A stretch of 32,308 bases of DNA from Archangium sp. Lineage in GTDB: Bacteria > Myxococcota > Myxococcia > Myxococcales > Myxococcaceae. The stretch covers positions 1 through 32,308 of the forward strand of contig JANLPS010000526.1 in the NCBI GenBank assembly GCA_031367385.1. Reading direction: 5' to 3'. Under the pieces are notes generated by a model. That model did no database searches. It was given only the letters and a program-made list of their open reading frames with translations, and was not told where the DNA came from. Shown piece by piece: positions 24,131-32,308 of this stretch; position 1 is the stretch's first letter, and each line of letters starts with the position of its first letter. A program made the translations under genes and the position numbers.

Positions 24131-26878
24131 ATGGCTCGCTTCATTCTCGGCATCGACCTGGGCACCTCGAACTGCGCGGTGGCGTATGTCGACCCGGGCG
24201 CGGGAGCCCAGGCCCCAATCACCGACCTCCCCATCACCCAGACCATTCGCCCCGGCGAAGTCGCGCCCCGCCCCCTGCTCCCCTCGGTGGTGTACCTGCC
24301 GTTCGAGGGCGAATTTCCTCCGGGTGCGTTGGCGTTGCCCTGGGGCAGTCCGGTGAGCGCGGTGGGCGAGCTGGCCCGCTGGCAAGGCAGCCGGGTGCCG
24401 GGCCGGGTCATCACCTCGGCCAAGAGCTGGCTCATTCACCCCGGAGTCGATCGCCAGGCGCCGATTCTCCCCTGGGGGGCTGGCAGTGACGTGCCGAAGC
24501 AGTCTCCCGTGGCCGCGCAGGCCGCGCTCCTGAAGCACGTCGCCGAAGCCTGGAACCACGCCCGCCCCGACGCCCCCATCGCCGACCAGCACGTGGTGCT
24601 CACCATCCCCGCGTCGTTCGATGAGGCGGCGCGGGCGTTGACGCTGCAGGCCGCGCGAGACGCCGGGTTCGATCTGCAGAAGCTCTCGTTGCTCGAAGAG
24701 CCCACCGCGGCCTTTTACGACTTCACCGCGCGCCACCGCGACTCGTTGGCCAAGGCGCTGGCCGACACCCGGCTGGTGCTGGTCGTCGACGTCGGAGGCG
24801 GCACCACCGACTTCTCACTGGTACAGGTCGCGATGCTGCCCGAAGGCCCGGCGCTCAAGCGCATCGCAGTGGGCGAGCACCTGCTCCTCGGCGGCGACAA
24901 CATGGACGCTGCGCTGGCCCGCCTGGCCGAGACGCGGGCGCTGGGAGAATCGCGCCGCTTCTCAGCCACGCAATGGACACAGGCCACTCAGGCCGCGCGC
25001 GCCGCCAAAGAGACGCTGCTTGGCCGCAACGCCCCCGACAAGGTCGCGATCAGCATTGCCGCGACGGGCTCCAAGCTCATCGGCTCGACCATCAGCACCG
25101 AGCTCACCCTGGCTGACATCGAGAGCACCGTGGTGCGCGGGTTTTTTCCCGCGGCGACCGAGTCATCGGTGCCCGAGTCGGCCAAGCGCGCCGGAGTCGT
25201 GGAGCTCGGCCTACCGTACACCCAAGACCCTGCGATCACTCGGCATCTGGTGGCGTTTCTCAAGGCCCACGCCGCCGCCGGGTTCGCCGCGCTCGGTGAG
25301 CCTGCCTCGGGGTTGCCCCGCCCCGACGCGATTCTGCTCAACGGCGGGGTGTTCAACGCCAAGGCGCTCGAGGCTGCGCTGGTCGATCAAGTCTCGGCGC
25401 TCTGGCCCGACCGACCTCGCGTGCGCCTGCTCGCGCACGACTCCCTCGACCTCGCCGTGGCCCGTGGCGCGGCGTACTCGGGCCTGGCCCGCCGTGCCCT
25501 CGGCCGAAAAATCGGAGGCGGTGCCCCTCGCGCGTTCTACGCCCTGGTCTCGACCGACGGCGGCCGTCAGGGCGTCTGTCTGGTGCCTCGCGGGCTCGAG
25601 GAGGGCGTGACCCTCGAGCTGCAGCAATCGTTTCGACTCACCGTGGGTCGACCGGTGCAGTTTCAGCTCTACTCGACCACCGCCGACCGCCTCGACGCGC
25701 CCGGAGCGCTGATCTCGGTCGACGACGAGGTGTTCAAAGCGCTCCCGCCGATTCACACCATTCTGAGCGGAGCCACCGGCACCGCGCTCGACGTTCGTCT
25801 GGTCGCCGCGCTGACCGAAGTCGGTACGCTCGAGCTGTCGTGCGTGGCGCAAAACCAACGGTGGCGCCTCGAGTTCGAGCTGCGCGGCACCAGCAAGAGC
25901 AGCGACGTCAGCGTGACCGAAGCGATGCCGGCCCGGTTCTCAGAGGCAACCACCGAGGTCGATCGTGTCTTCGGCACCAAGCCGCTGCCGGTCGAGCCGA
26001 AAGACGTGAAGCAGCTCTACCGCACGCTCGAGCGAATCTTAGGGCCGCGCGAGACCTGGCGCCTGCCAGTGCTGCGGGAGCTGTGGACTCCGCTGTACTC
26101 GGGAGTCTCGAAGCGCCGCCGCTCGGTCGACCACGAGAAGGTGATGTACCAGCTGCTCGGCTACAGCCTGCGGCCCGGCGTCGGCTACCCGCTCGACGCC
26201 TGGCGCTGCGAGCAGACCTTCGGCATCTTCAAAGACGGCGTCACCAACCACGGCGAGCAGCCAGTCTGGGCCGAGTTTTGGATTCTCTGGCGCCGCATCG
26301 CCGGGGGCCTGGGAGACTCAGCGCAGCAACAGATCTGGGCGTACTTGAAGCCGCACCTGCTGCGCCGGGTGCCGCTCGACGTGCCCCCGCCGAAGGAAAA
26401 GCTCAAGGGCATCGTGCCGCAGGCGCTCGAAGAGATGGTGCGCTGCGCCGCTTCGCTCGAGCGGCTCGAAGCGGCCGAGAAGGTCGAGCTTGGGCAGTGG
26501 GTGGCCTCACGGCTGCGCAGCCCAGAGACCGTCGGAGGCCCCTGGGCCTGGGCCCTGGGTCGCCTCGGCGCTCGAGTGCCGTTGCATGGCTCGAGTCACC
26601 GCGTCATCTCAGCCGACGTGGCCGAGGCGTGGGTCACGCTGCTGCTCTCGCTCGACCCGAAGAAGCACGACGGGGCGATGTTCGCGCTGACCCAACTCAC
26701 GAGGCGAACGGGAGATCGCTCGCGCGACCTCGATGAGCCGACCCGACAGCAGGTGCTGGCGGCGTTGCCCGCGGGGCCGTGGCGAACGGTGGTGGCCGAC
26801 GTGGTTCAGCTCTCAGCAGCCGATGAGGCGCGTGCCCTGGGCGACACGCTGCCAGTGGGGCTGTCGCTGGTAGAGTGA
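24131..26878 (+). CDS. Atypical Hsp70-family protein with C-terminal DUF3731-like domain
   Basis: GIDLGTSN, TIPASFD, EEPTAA, DVGGGTTDFS, LLGGDNMD, LNGGVF, AVARGAA; Trp-rich C-terminal domain (LRPGVGYPLDAWR, WALGRLGAR). Confidence 0.88.
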   Translation: MARFILGIDLGTSNCAVAYVDPGAGAQAPITDLPITQTIRPGEVAPRPLLPSVVYLPFEGEFPPGALALPWGSPVSAVGELARWQGSRVPGRVITSAKSWLIHPGVDRQAPILPWGAGSDVPKQSPVAAQAALLKHVAEAWNHARPDAPIADQHVVLTIPASFDEAARALTLQAARDAGFDLQKLSLLEEPTAAFYDFTARHRDSLAKALADTRLVLVVDVGGGTTDFSLVQVAMLPEGPALKRIAVGEHLLLGGDNMDAALARLAETRALGESRRFSATQWTQATQAARAAKETLLGRNAPDKVAISIAATGSKLIGSTISTELTLADIESTVVRGFFPAATESSVPESAKRAGVVELGLPYTQDPAITRHLVAFLKAHAAAGFAALGEPASGLPRPDAILLNGGVFNAKALEAALVDQVSALWPDRPRVRLLAHDSLDLAVARGAAYSGLARRALGRKIGGGAPRAFYALVSTDGGRQGVCLVPRGLEEGVTLELQQSFRLTVGRPVQFQLYSTTADRLDAPGALISVDDEVFKALPPIHTILSGATGTALDVRLVAALTEVGTLELSCVAQNQRWRLEFELRGTSKSSDVSVTEAMPARFSEATTEVDRVFGTKPLPVEPKDVKQLYRTLERILGPRETWRLPVLRELWTPLYSGVSKRRRSVDHEKVMYQLLGYSLRPGVGYPLDAWRCEQTFGIFKDGVTNHGEQPVWAEFWILWRRIAGGLGDSAQQQIWAYLKPHLLRRVPLDVPPPKEKLKGIVPQALEEMVRCAASLERLEAAEKVELGQWVASRLRSPETVGGPWAWALGRLGARVPLHGSSHRVISADVAEAWVTLLLSLDPKKHDGAMFALTQLTRRTGDRSRDLDEPTRQQVLAALPAGPWRTVVADVVQLSAADEARALGDTLPVGLSLVE

Positions 26879-26883
26879 CCGCC

Positions 26884-26910
26884 TCGCTCGTCCTGAGGGG
26901 CTCGAAGGCC
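26884..26910. repeat. REP-like extragenic palindrome, copy 2
   Basis: TCGCTCGTCCTGAGGGGCTCGAAGGCC directly after the Hsp70 stop; similar to 21489-21515. Confidence 0.5.
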
Positions 26911-26962
26911 CCTGTCTCAGCGAGTGACGTTTTTCGAGACCCGGTGGTACTCCCGACGACCC

Positions 26963-27628
26963 TTACCCGCCGACGGTCGACCCCGCAGCCGAGGCCCGCA
27001 GCGGCCCGACCAGGTCAGTCGACGCCTTCGACTTGCCGATGCTCTGAAAGTTCAGCTCGCGAATGAACACCGCGCCGGGGCCATGCAAAAACACCCCAAA
27101 GGTCACCCGCGCCGCATCGGCTGGCACGTCGAGCACCACCGAGTACCAGGCAAACGAAGTCGTGCCCCGCACCGGCCGGTTCTGCATGTTGTCGAACGCC
27201 AACACCTTGCCGTTCGCATCGTCGATTCGCATCCACACGCCGGCCCAGCCGTCGATGTCGCCGGCCTTGAGCTCGGCGGTCACCTCGATGCGCTGATTTC
27301 GCCACGGCAGCGCGGGCTCTGAGTGCGTGATGCTGCCCATGCCATACGGCTCCGAGACGAATGGCCGCGTGCGCAGAATCGGTATCTCGCAGTCGGTGAA
27401 GATGGTGTCGCAGCGAATCTCGTACGCCTCGGTGCGGGTGCCGGTCATGCCCCACTCACGCACCTCGGTACGAAGCTTGGGCGTGCGGTTCATCAACCCC
27501 GCCGCGGGCCCAATCGGCACGCTGCTCATCGGGCGTTCGCCGCCCATGCGCGTCTGCTGCGCCCCGGCGCTACCGCTCAGCACGCCCACGGCCAGGGTGA
27601 ACATCAACCACGTTGAACGTCGGGTCAT
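26963..27628 (-). CDS. Secreted protein with a galactose-binding-like beta-sandwich domain
   Basis: Signal peptide ending AGA|QQ; WAGVWMRID...LAFDNMQNRPVRGTT..WYSVVLDVPADA..VTFG..LHGPG motif; AGGAG SD; ATGA overlap with the anti-sigma gene. Confidence 0.65.
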   Translation of the reverse strand: MTRRSTWLMFTLAVGVLSGSAGAQQTRMGGERPMSSVPIGPAAGLMNRTPKLRTEVREWGMTGTRTEAYEIRCDTIFTDCEIPILRTRPFVSEPYGMGSITHSEPALPWRNQRIEVTAELKAGDIDGWAGVWMRIDDANGKVLAFDNMQNRPVRGTTSFAWYSVVLDVPADAARVTFGVFLHGPGAVFIRELNFQSIGKSKASTDLVGPLRASAAGSTVGG

Positions 27629-28065
27629 GGCACTGCTCCTTGAGCCGACACGAGCTCGTACCGCGGCACGATCGGCTCTCGATCAGGGCCGATGGTGATG
27701 ACCCCGTCGAACTGCGCTTGCGAAATACAATCACGGGCGGTCGAGGCCTCGGTGCACTGCCGCAGCACCGGCCGGTTCTGCAATGAAGGCCCCCGGTCAA
27801 TCGACACCACCAGCACCAACCCCGCCGCCAGAGCCACTGCCGCCGAGGCGACCAGCGCGGTCATGCGGCGACGCCGCGACGAGAGCAAGACCACCTTCTT
27901 GAGCGCGGCCACCTCATGCAACGCCACCTCGACCTGCGCCTCGTTCTGCAGCAGCGCCGCGCACTCCGGGCACTGCGTGACATGGCTCTCGACGAAGCGC
28001 GACGACTCCACGTCGAGCGCTCCCATCACATACTGTTCAACGACATCAGCGCCGAGGTGACGCAT
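27625..28065 (-). CDS. Zinc-binding (ZAS) transmembrane anti-sigma factor
   Basis: MRHL...YVMGAL...HVTQCPEC (H...HxxxCxxC), one TM helix, short periplasmic domain with 2 Cys; GGAGG SD. Confidence 0.85.
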   Translation of the reverse strand: MRHLGADVVEQYVMGALDVESSRFVESHVTQCPECAALLQNEAQVEVALHEVAALKKVVLLSSRRRRMTALVASAAVALAAGLVLVVSIDRGPSLQNRPVLRQCTEASTARDCISQAQFDGVITIGPDREPIVPRYELVSAQGAVP

Positions 28066-28633
28066 GAGAACCTCCTTCAAGCTCGCTGCGCAGCACCTTG
28101 CGCACTTCGCAAATGATCTGCCGCACTCGCTGAACCGAAAGCCCGACCTGGGCCGCCACCTCAGCATGAGACAAATGAGGGTCACCGTAGAGCTGCTCGA
28201 AGATGGCTCGAGCACTGGGTGAAAAATCATTGAGCCGCTCGCGCGCTTTGAGCAACCGTTCACGGCTCAGGTACGCCTGCTCTCCCGAGTCGGTGTTGCC
28301 CTCGGGCGCGTCGTCGAGCGAGACGGTGAAGTGCCCGGCCTTGCGCGCGTCAGACCTGGCCAAGAACATCGCCTGCCGAATCGCCAGCCCCGGCAGCTCG
28401 AGCCGGTCGAGCTTCTTCGCGTCGGCCTGGGTAATCAGCCGCAACCAGGCCTCTTGCACGATCTCCTTCGCGTACGCCGGCAAGATGCCTTGCGCCAGCA
28501 GCGAGAGCATCACGCGGCGGTTGTGACGGGCGATCAGCTCCGTCCACGCGGCGCGATCGCCGAAGCGGGCCGCGGTCTCGGTTGGGCCCTCCCGGTTGAT
28601 GGAGCCCTCGAGGGCAAAGTCGATCGTCGCCAC
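28046..28633 (-). CDS. ECF RNA polymerase sigma factor
   Basis: GDRAAWTELIARH, AKEIVQEAWLRL (region 2), LSHAEVAAQVGLSVQRVRQI (region 4); overlaps the anti-sigma gene. GTG start inferred. Confidence 0.85.
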   Translation of the reverse strand: MATIDFALEGSINREGPTETAARFGDRAAWTELIARHNRRVMLSLLAQGILPAYAKEIVQEAWLRLITQADAKKLDRLELPGLAIRQAMFLARSDARKAGHFTVSLDDAPEGNTDSGEQAYLSRERLLKARERLNDFSPSARAIFEQLYGDPHLSHAEVAAQVGLSVQRVRQIICEVRKVLRSELEGGSHASPRR

Positions 28634-28839
28634 GGCGGCATTTGAACGCGGTTGGCAAGAAAAACATATCGACCCAAACCCGACCTCATTCTTCAACTAT
28701 TTCAATGACTTGCTTCACGTGGTGCTGTCTCTTTTTCTGAGAGTCTAGAACCTTCACCCCACCGCCCCCAGACACTGGACAGCCCGTCGCACCCCAACGG
28801 TAAGGTACCGCCGCATCTGAAAACCCCTGGGAGAAGCAC

Positions 28840-31725
28840 GTGAAATTGATTGGTGGCTTGAACCTTCGCAAAGCGCTGAACGTGATGACGCCGAAGGGCG
28901 ACACGCTGAACCTCGCACGCACGGCCGAGCTGCCGTTGGGCGCGCGTACCAAGCAAGATCTCTTCGCCGCCAGCAATCTGCCCAAGGTGGCGCTCAACGA
29001 GCTGTCGACCGGAGTCGCCAGCCTCGCCGCCTTGACCCCGACTGAGAACGCCTACGCGTTTCCCACCAACTTCTTGAGCCGCTACCAGGAGCTGCTGAGC
29101 AAAGCCGGCATCCCCGCGGCCAATGGCACCGAGGCGAACGGGTTCTTGAACTCGGTGCTGCTGCGCGATGACAAGCCGCACACCGCCGCGTTCGTGCGCA
29201 CCGCGATGGAGAACCCCAAGGCCCTCGATGAGGTGCTCTCGAACATCGCCAAGTACACGAACAACCCCAACAACGCGATCTTGCCCGCCGAGGTCGCTGA
29301 CGTGTCGGGCGCCTTCGACCGCGCGGCGTTCTTGCCCTTCTTGGGCTCAGAGACCTTGGCCAATGGCCTGGTCGGCGCGATGAAGAAAGACCTCGCGCGC
29401 AGCGGAGAACAGCTGCTCGCGGCCGCCGAAGTGGGTGTCGGCCCCGACGTCGCGGTCATCGGGCAGGGCCCCACGGGCGCGGCGATCGCGCGCGGGCTGG
29501 CCACCAAGTTCGCTGAGCTGGGCGAGACCGAAGGCGCTGAGCTGAGCGCGGCGGTCATCGGCGGCGAGACCACCTTCTCGGCCGGCGCGCAGTGGAACTT
29601 GAATTCACCCAACCGCGCGGTTCGCGGTGATGAGATCTTGGGCCCCGGCGGCCCGCTCAACCCGATCGACGACCGATTGACCGACGGCGACTTGTCGGGC
29701 GGCTACTACGCCAAGGCGCGGGTGGTCGACGACATGACCAAGGTCAGCCTGCACAACAGCGGCTTGCCGGTGCTCTCGACCGCGCTCACCTCGGTCGGCC
29801 GCCAAGAAGGCGGCGGGTACCTGCTGCGAACCGGCGTCGGCGCCGTCGTGCCGACCAACATGGTGGCCTTCGCCGCTGGCTTGGGCGATCTGCCGAAGTC
29901 ACTGGCCACCGAGACCGGTACCGCGTTCGTGCGCGAGCAAGACGCGCTGATGAAGGCGTCCATCGACCAAGCCAAGCTCGGCAACTCCGAGCCGCTGCGC
30001 AACTTCCCTCTCTGGGTGAGCGGGCTCGACTTCAATCGAGCGCGCGAAGAGCTCAACGACCCGCTCTCGATGTTCGCCACCAGCGCCACCGCGAGCAAAG
30101 TCAAAGCCGAGATGGCTGCGATTCGCGTCGAGAACCCTGTGCTGAACACCAACGGGGTCGAGTTTCGCCGCCTCGGCGCTGACCTGGGCGAGTCACGCAA
30201 CGCCGGGTCAGGCCCCTTCGTGCGAGGCCCCATTTCTGCTTACAGCGAGCCCTACAAGACGCTGGCGCTCGCCCAGCCGGTGCCCGACAACGGCGCGGGT
30301 CAAAACGCCTACACCGCGCGAGCGCTCTACAAGAGCAAGCTGCCGGTCGGTGAAGTGCCCGAGAACGCCCTCGCGCAGAAGGTCGTCGGCGTGGTCGGCT
30401 TCGGCGACTCCGCCCGCACCGCGCTCGAAGGCGTCACCGGCTTCGGCCCCGACAGCCGCTCACCGCGCCAGCTCAACGTGGTGCCCAAGCTGCTCTGGTT
30501 CGTCGGTGAGCAAGGCCCCCGCGACTGCGCCGAGTTCTACGTAGGCGACCTGTTCAAGGGCTTCGACGCCTTCAGCCAGAAGCTCATCTCGCAGGGCGGC
30601 CCCGACTTGGCGACGCTCTTTCGCAACAAGCTGCGCTCGGTCGAGGGCGGCAGCGATGCCGATGCGATCAAGGGCTACCTCACCGAGTTCAGCAACCTGC
30701 TGACCACCGCCAAGCCCGCCGAGTACTTCAACCAGCTGCTCCAAGGCTCGGGCCTCACCGAAGCGCAGACTCGCGAGGCGTTCGGCGTGTTCTTGAAAGA
30801 GCGCGACGCGGTGCGCCCCCGCTACAACCAGCTCGTCATCCCCATCGAGAAGGGGCAGATCGAGCTCGTTCGCCAGCGCGTCAACGATGTGCAGGTGCTG
30901 CCTGCCTCAGGCACGACGCCCGCGCGGCAGCTGCTCATCGGTGCGGCTGGCGAGCGCACCATCGTCGACCACGTGCTCGACGCGCGCGGCAACGAGACCA
31001 ACCTCGCCAGTGTCTTGGGCGAGATCACCGGCGGCGACAAAGACCCGTTCAACAACCCCGAGAAGTTCGAGCTGATCGAGATCATCGGGCGTGACGGCGA
31101 GCGGCAGGTCGTCGGCAAGCGGCTCAAGGGCGAAGACATCTTCAGCTTCGGGCCGGCCTCAGGCGTGGTCTCAAACAACACCACCAACGTCGGTGCGAAC
31201 AAGGTCTCGATCTTCTTGAACCGCCCGCTCAACGAGCTCGGCGCCGAGACCATCGCGCAAGAGGTGCTGCTGCGCTTCAAGACCGACCAGCTCGGCACCC
31301 AAGAAGCCCGGGCCGCCAAGGCCGCGACGCTCGAGACCCGCTTCAGCGAGCTGCGCGAGGCCGAGACCATTCGAGCGCAAGCCGACAACCGGCAGCTGCA
31401 GAACGTGCGCCTGGCTCCCAACGACCGGTTCTTGCGCAGCGCGCTCGAGCGCGACCCGCTCAGCTACCTGACCAGCCTGAACCAGATACTCGAGCGCACC
31501 CGCTACGAGGGGTCTGACCGGCTGAGCATCAAGGTGGTGCGGGCCAACGCAGACGTGGTGACGGTCGACGCTCCGACGGCGCTGCTGCCAGCCCTGAACG
31601 CGTGGATCGCGAGCCGCCCGGCGTCTGACTTCTTGCGTTCGGCCCTCGATGGCGGCAAACCGGTGTCGATCGAGCGCTCGGTCGATGCCCGTGGCGCCCT
31701 GGTACCCCTCGAAACGTGGATTTGA
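28840..31725 (+). CDS. Large hypothetical protein with two Rossmann-like motifs (FAD/NAD(P)-dependent oxidoreductase-like)
   Basis: 961-aa ORF with GGGAG SD and strong GC3 bias; DVAVIGQGPTGAAIA and VGVVGFGDSARTALE motifs; no signal peptide. Function is inferred. Confidence 0.7.
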   Translation: MKLIGGLNLRKALNVMTPKGDTLNLARTAELPLGARTKQDLFAASNLPKVALNELSTGVASLAALTPTENAYAFPTNFLSRYQELLSKAGIPAANGTEANGFLNSVLLRDDKPHTAAFVRTAMENPKALDEVLSNIAKYTNNPNNAILPAEVADVSGAFDRAAFLPFLGSETLANGLVGAMKKDLARSGEQLLAAAEVGVGPDVAVIGQGPTGAAIARGLATKFAELGETEGAELSAAVIGGETTFSAGAQWNLNSPNRAVRGDEILGPGGPLNPIDDRLTDGDLSGGYYAKARVVDDMTKVSLHNSGLPVLSTALTSVGRQEGGGYLLRTGVGAVVPTNMVAFAAGLGDLPKSLATETGTAFVREQDALMKASIDQAKLGNSEPLRNFPLWVSGLDFNRAREELNDPLSMFATSATASKVKAEMAAIRVENPVLNTNGVEFRRLGADLGESRNAGSGPFVRGPISAYSEPYKTLALAQPVPDNGAGQNAYTARALYKSKLPVGEVPENALAQKVVGVVGFGDSARTALEGVTGFGPDSRSPRQLNVVPKLLWFVGEQGPRDCAEFYVGDLFKGFDAFSQKLISQGGPDLATLFRNKLRSVEGGSDADAIKGYLTEFSNLLTTAKPAEYFNQLLQGSGLTEAQTREAFGVFLKERDAVRPRYNQLVIPIEKGQIELVRQRVNDVQVLPASGTTPARQLLIGAAGERTIVDHVLDARGNETNLASVLGEITGGDKDPFNNPEKFELIEIIGRDGERQVVGKRLKGEDIFSFGPASGVVSNNTTNVGANKVSIFLNRPLNELGAETIAQEVLLRFKTDQLGTQEARAAKAATLETRFSELREAETIRAQADNRQLQNVRLAPNDRFLRSALERDPLSYLTSLNQILERTRYEGSDRLSIKVVRANADVVTVDAPTALLPALNAWIASRPASDFLRSALDGGKPVSIERSVDARGALVPLETWI

Positions 31726-31744
31726 GAGAAAAGGAAAATACCCA

Positions 31745-32185
31745 ATGAATGTCTTCGTTCACGTTCAAGCAAAACCCGGAGCCACCGCCGCCGAAGTCGA
31801 GCAGGTCTGGGGCTCGACCCCCGAGCCGGTCGCTCACGGCCCCAAGGGCCTGTTCGTTCTGATGGTCGATGTCTTCAGCGCCGCGGGTGAAGCCGGTCAG
31901 GCCCTCGCGCCCCACCGACCCGCGATTCTCGACGCGGTCAAAGAGGCTTTTGGCGCCAAAGAGCTCGCCGAGCTGGGCCCCTCGGAGCTCGAGCTGCTCG
32001 AAGGCGACACGGTGGTCAACGTGACGCTGCGCAAGCAAGGCATCGTGCTCACGACCAAAGATGGCATCGTCGCGGCCGCCGCGTGGCCTGCGTCGCTCAC
32101 CAAAGAATCACTGGGAGACACCGTGAAGCTCGCGGCCCAGACGCTCGCCAACGCCCGTGCCCTCAACAGGCCCGCGCGCGCCTAA
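31745..32185 (+). CDS. Small hypothetical protein (146 aa)
   Basis: ATG 19 bp after the previous stop with AAGGA SD; normal codon bias; C-terminal amphipathic helix. Confidence 0.7.
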   Translation: MNVFVHVQAKPGATAAEVEQVWGSTPEPVAHGPKGLFVLMVDVFSAAGEAGQALAPHRPAILDAVKEAFGAKELAELGPSELELLEGDTVVNVTLRKQGIVLTTKDGIVAAAAWPASLTKESLGDTVKLAAQTLANARALNRPARA

Positions 32186-32194
32186 AGAACAGCG

Positions 32195-32308
32195 TTACTT
32201 GCTCAGCAGGGTGTTCTTGCCAACGTGCACCTTGTTGCCGCGCCAGGTGACCTCGTTGATGAAGAACCCACGCACCCACGCCGCGAAGTAGGCGATGTCG
32301 CGCACCGG
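32195..32308 (-). CDS. 3' end of an HpnI/ceramide-glucosyltransferase-like GT2 protein (partial)
   Basis: Manual translation PVRDIAYFAAWVRGFFINEVTWRGNKVHVGKNTLLSK*; the P.RD...W....V.WRG tail is typical of this family. Confidence 0.6.
   Translation of the reverse strand, partial: PVRDIAYFAAWVRGFFINEVTWRGNKVHVGKNTLLSK

Noticed and set aside
28699..28713. IHF-like site TTTCAATGACTTG in the ECF/961-aa intergenic region
   Set aside because: One core mismatch in an AT-rich tract, and no sigma54 promoter found nearby to support it.

Overview
GC-rich myxobacterial (Myxococcales-like) chromosomal window. The left 14.8 kb is a Myxococcus-type type IVa pilus cluster on the minus strand: ribF-pilB-pilT-pilC-pilS-pilR-[inserted YfhO-like GT-C membrane glycosyltransferase]-pilA-pilG-pilH-pilI-pilS2 (partial). 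It has a clear sigma54 promoter for pilA, and pilD is missing from its usual position. Diverging from it is a tightly coupled operon: trmB, a REC-GGDEF diguanylate cyclase, a lipoprotein, a protein with two apparent Hfq/Sm-like domains, and a second GT-C-like membrane protein. Next come a lipoprotein of the oomycete GP42 transglutaminase-elicitor type with a near-perfect Pep-13 motif, an AT-rich array of four 15-bp palindromic repeats between convergent genes, and DUF2752-plsY-degenerate FHA/sigma54 activator. The right end holds an Hsp70-DUF3731 protein, an ECF sigma/ZAS anti-sigma/secreted protein cassette, a 961-aa flavoprotein-like orphan with a small chaperone- or immunity-like partner, and the 3' end of an HpnI-like glycosyltransferase. 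All family calls come from motif recognition by eye; no searches were run.
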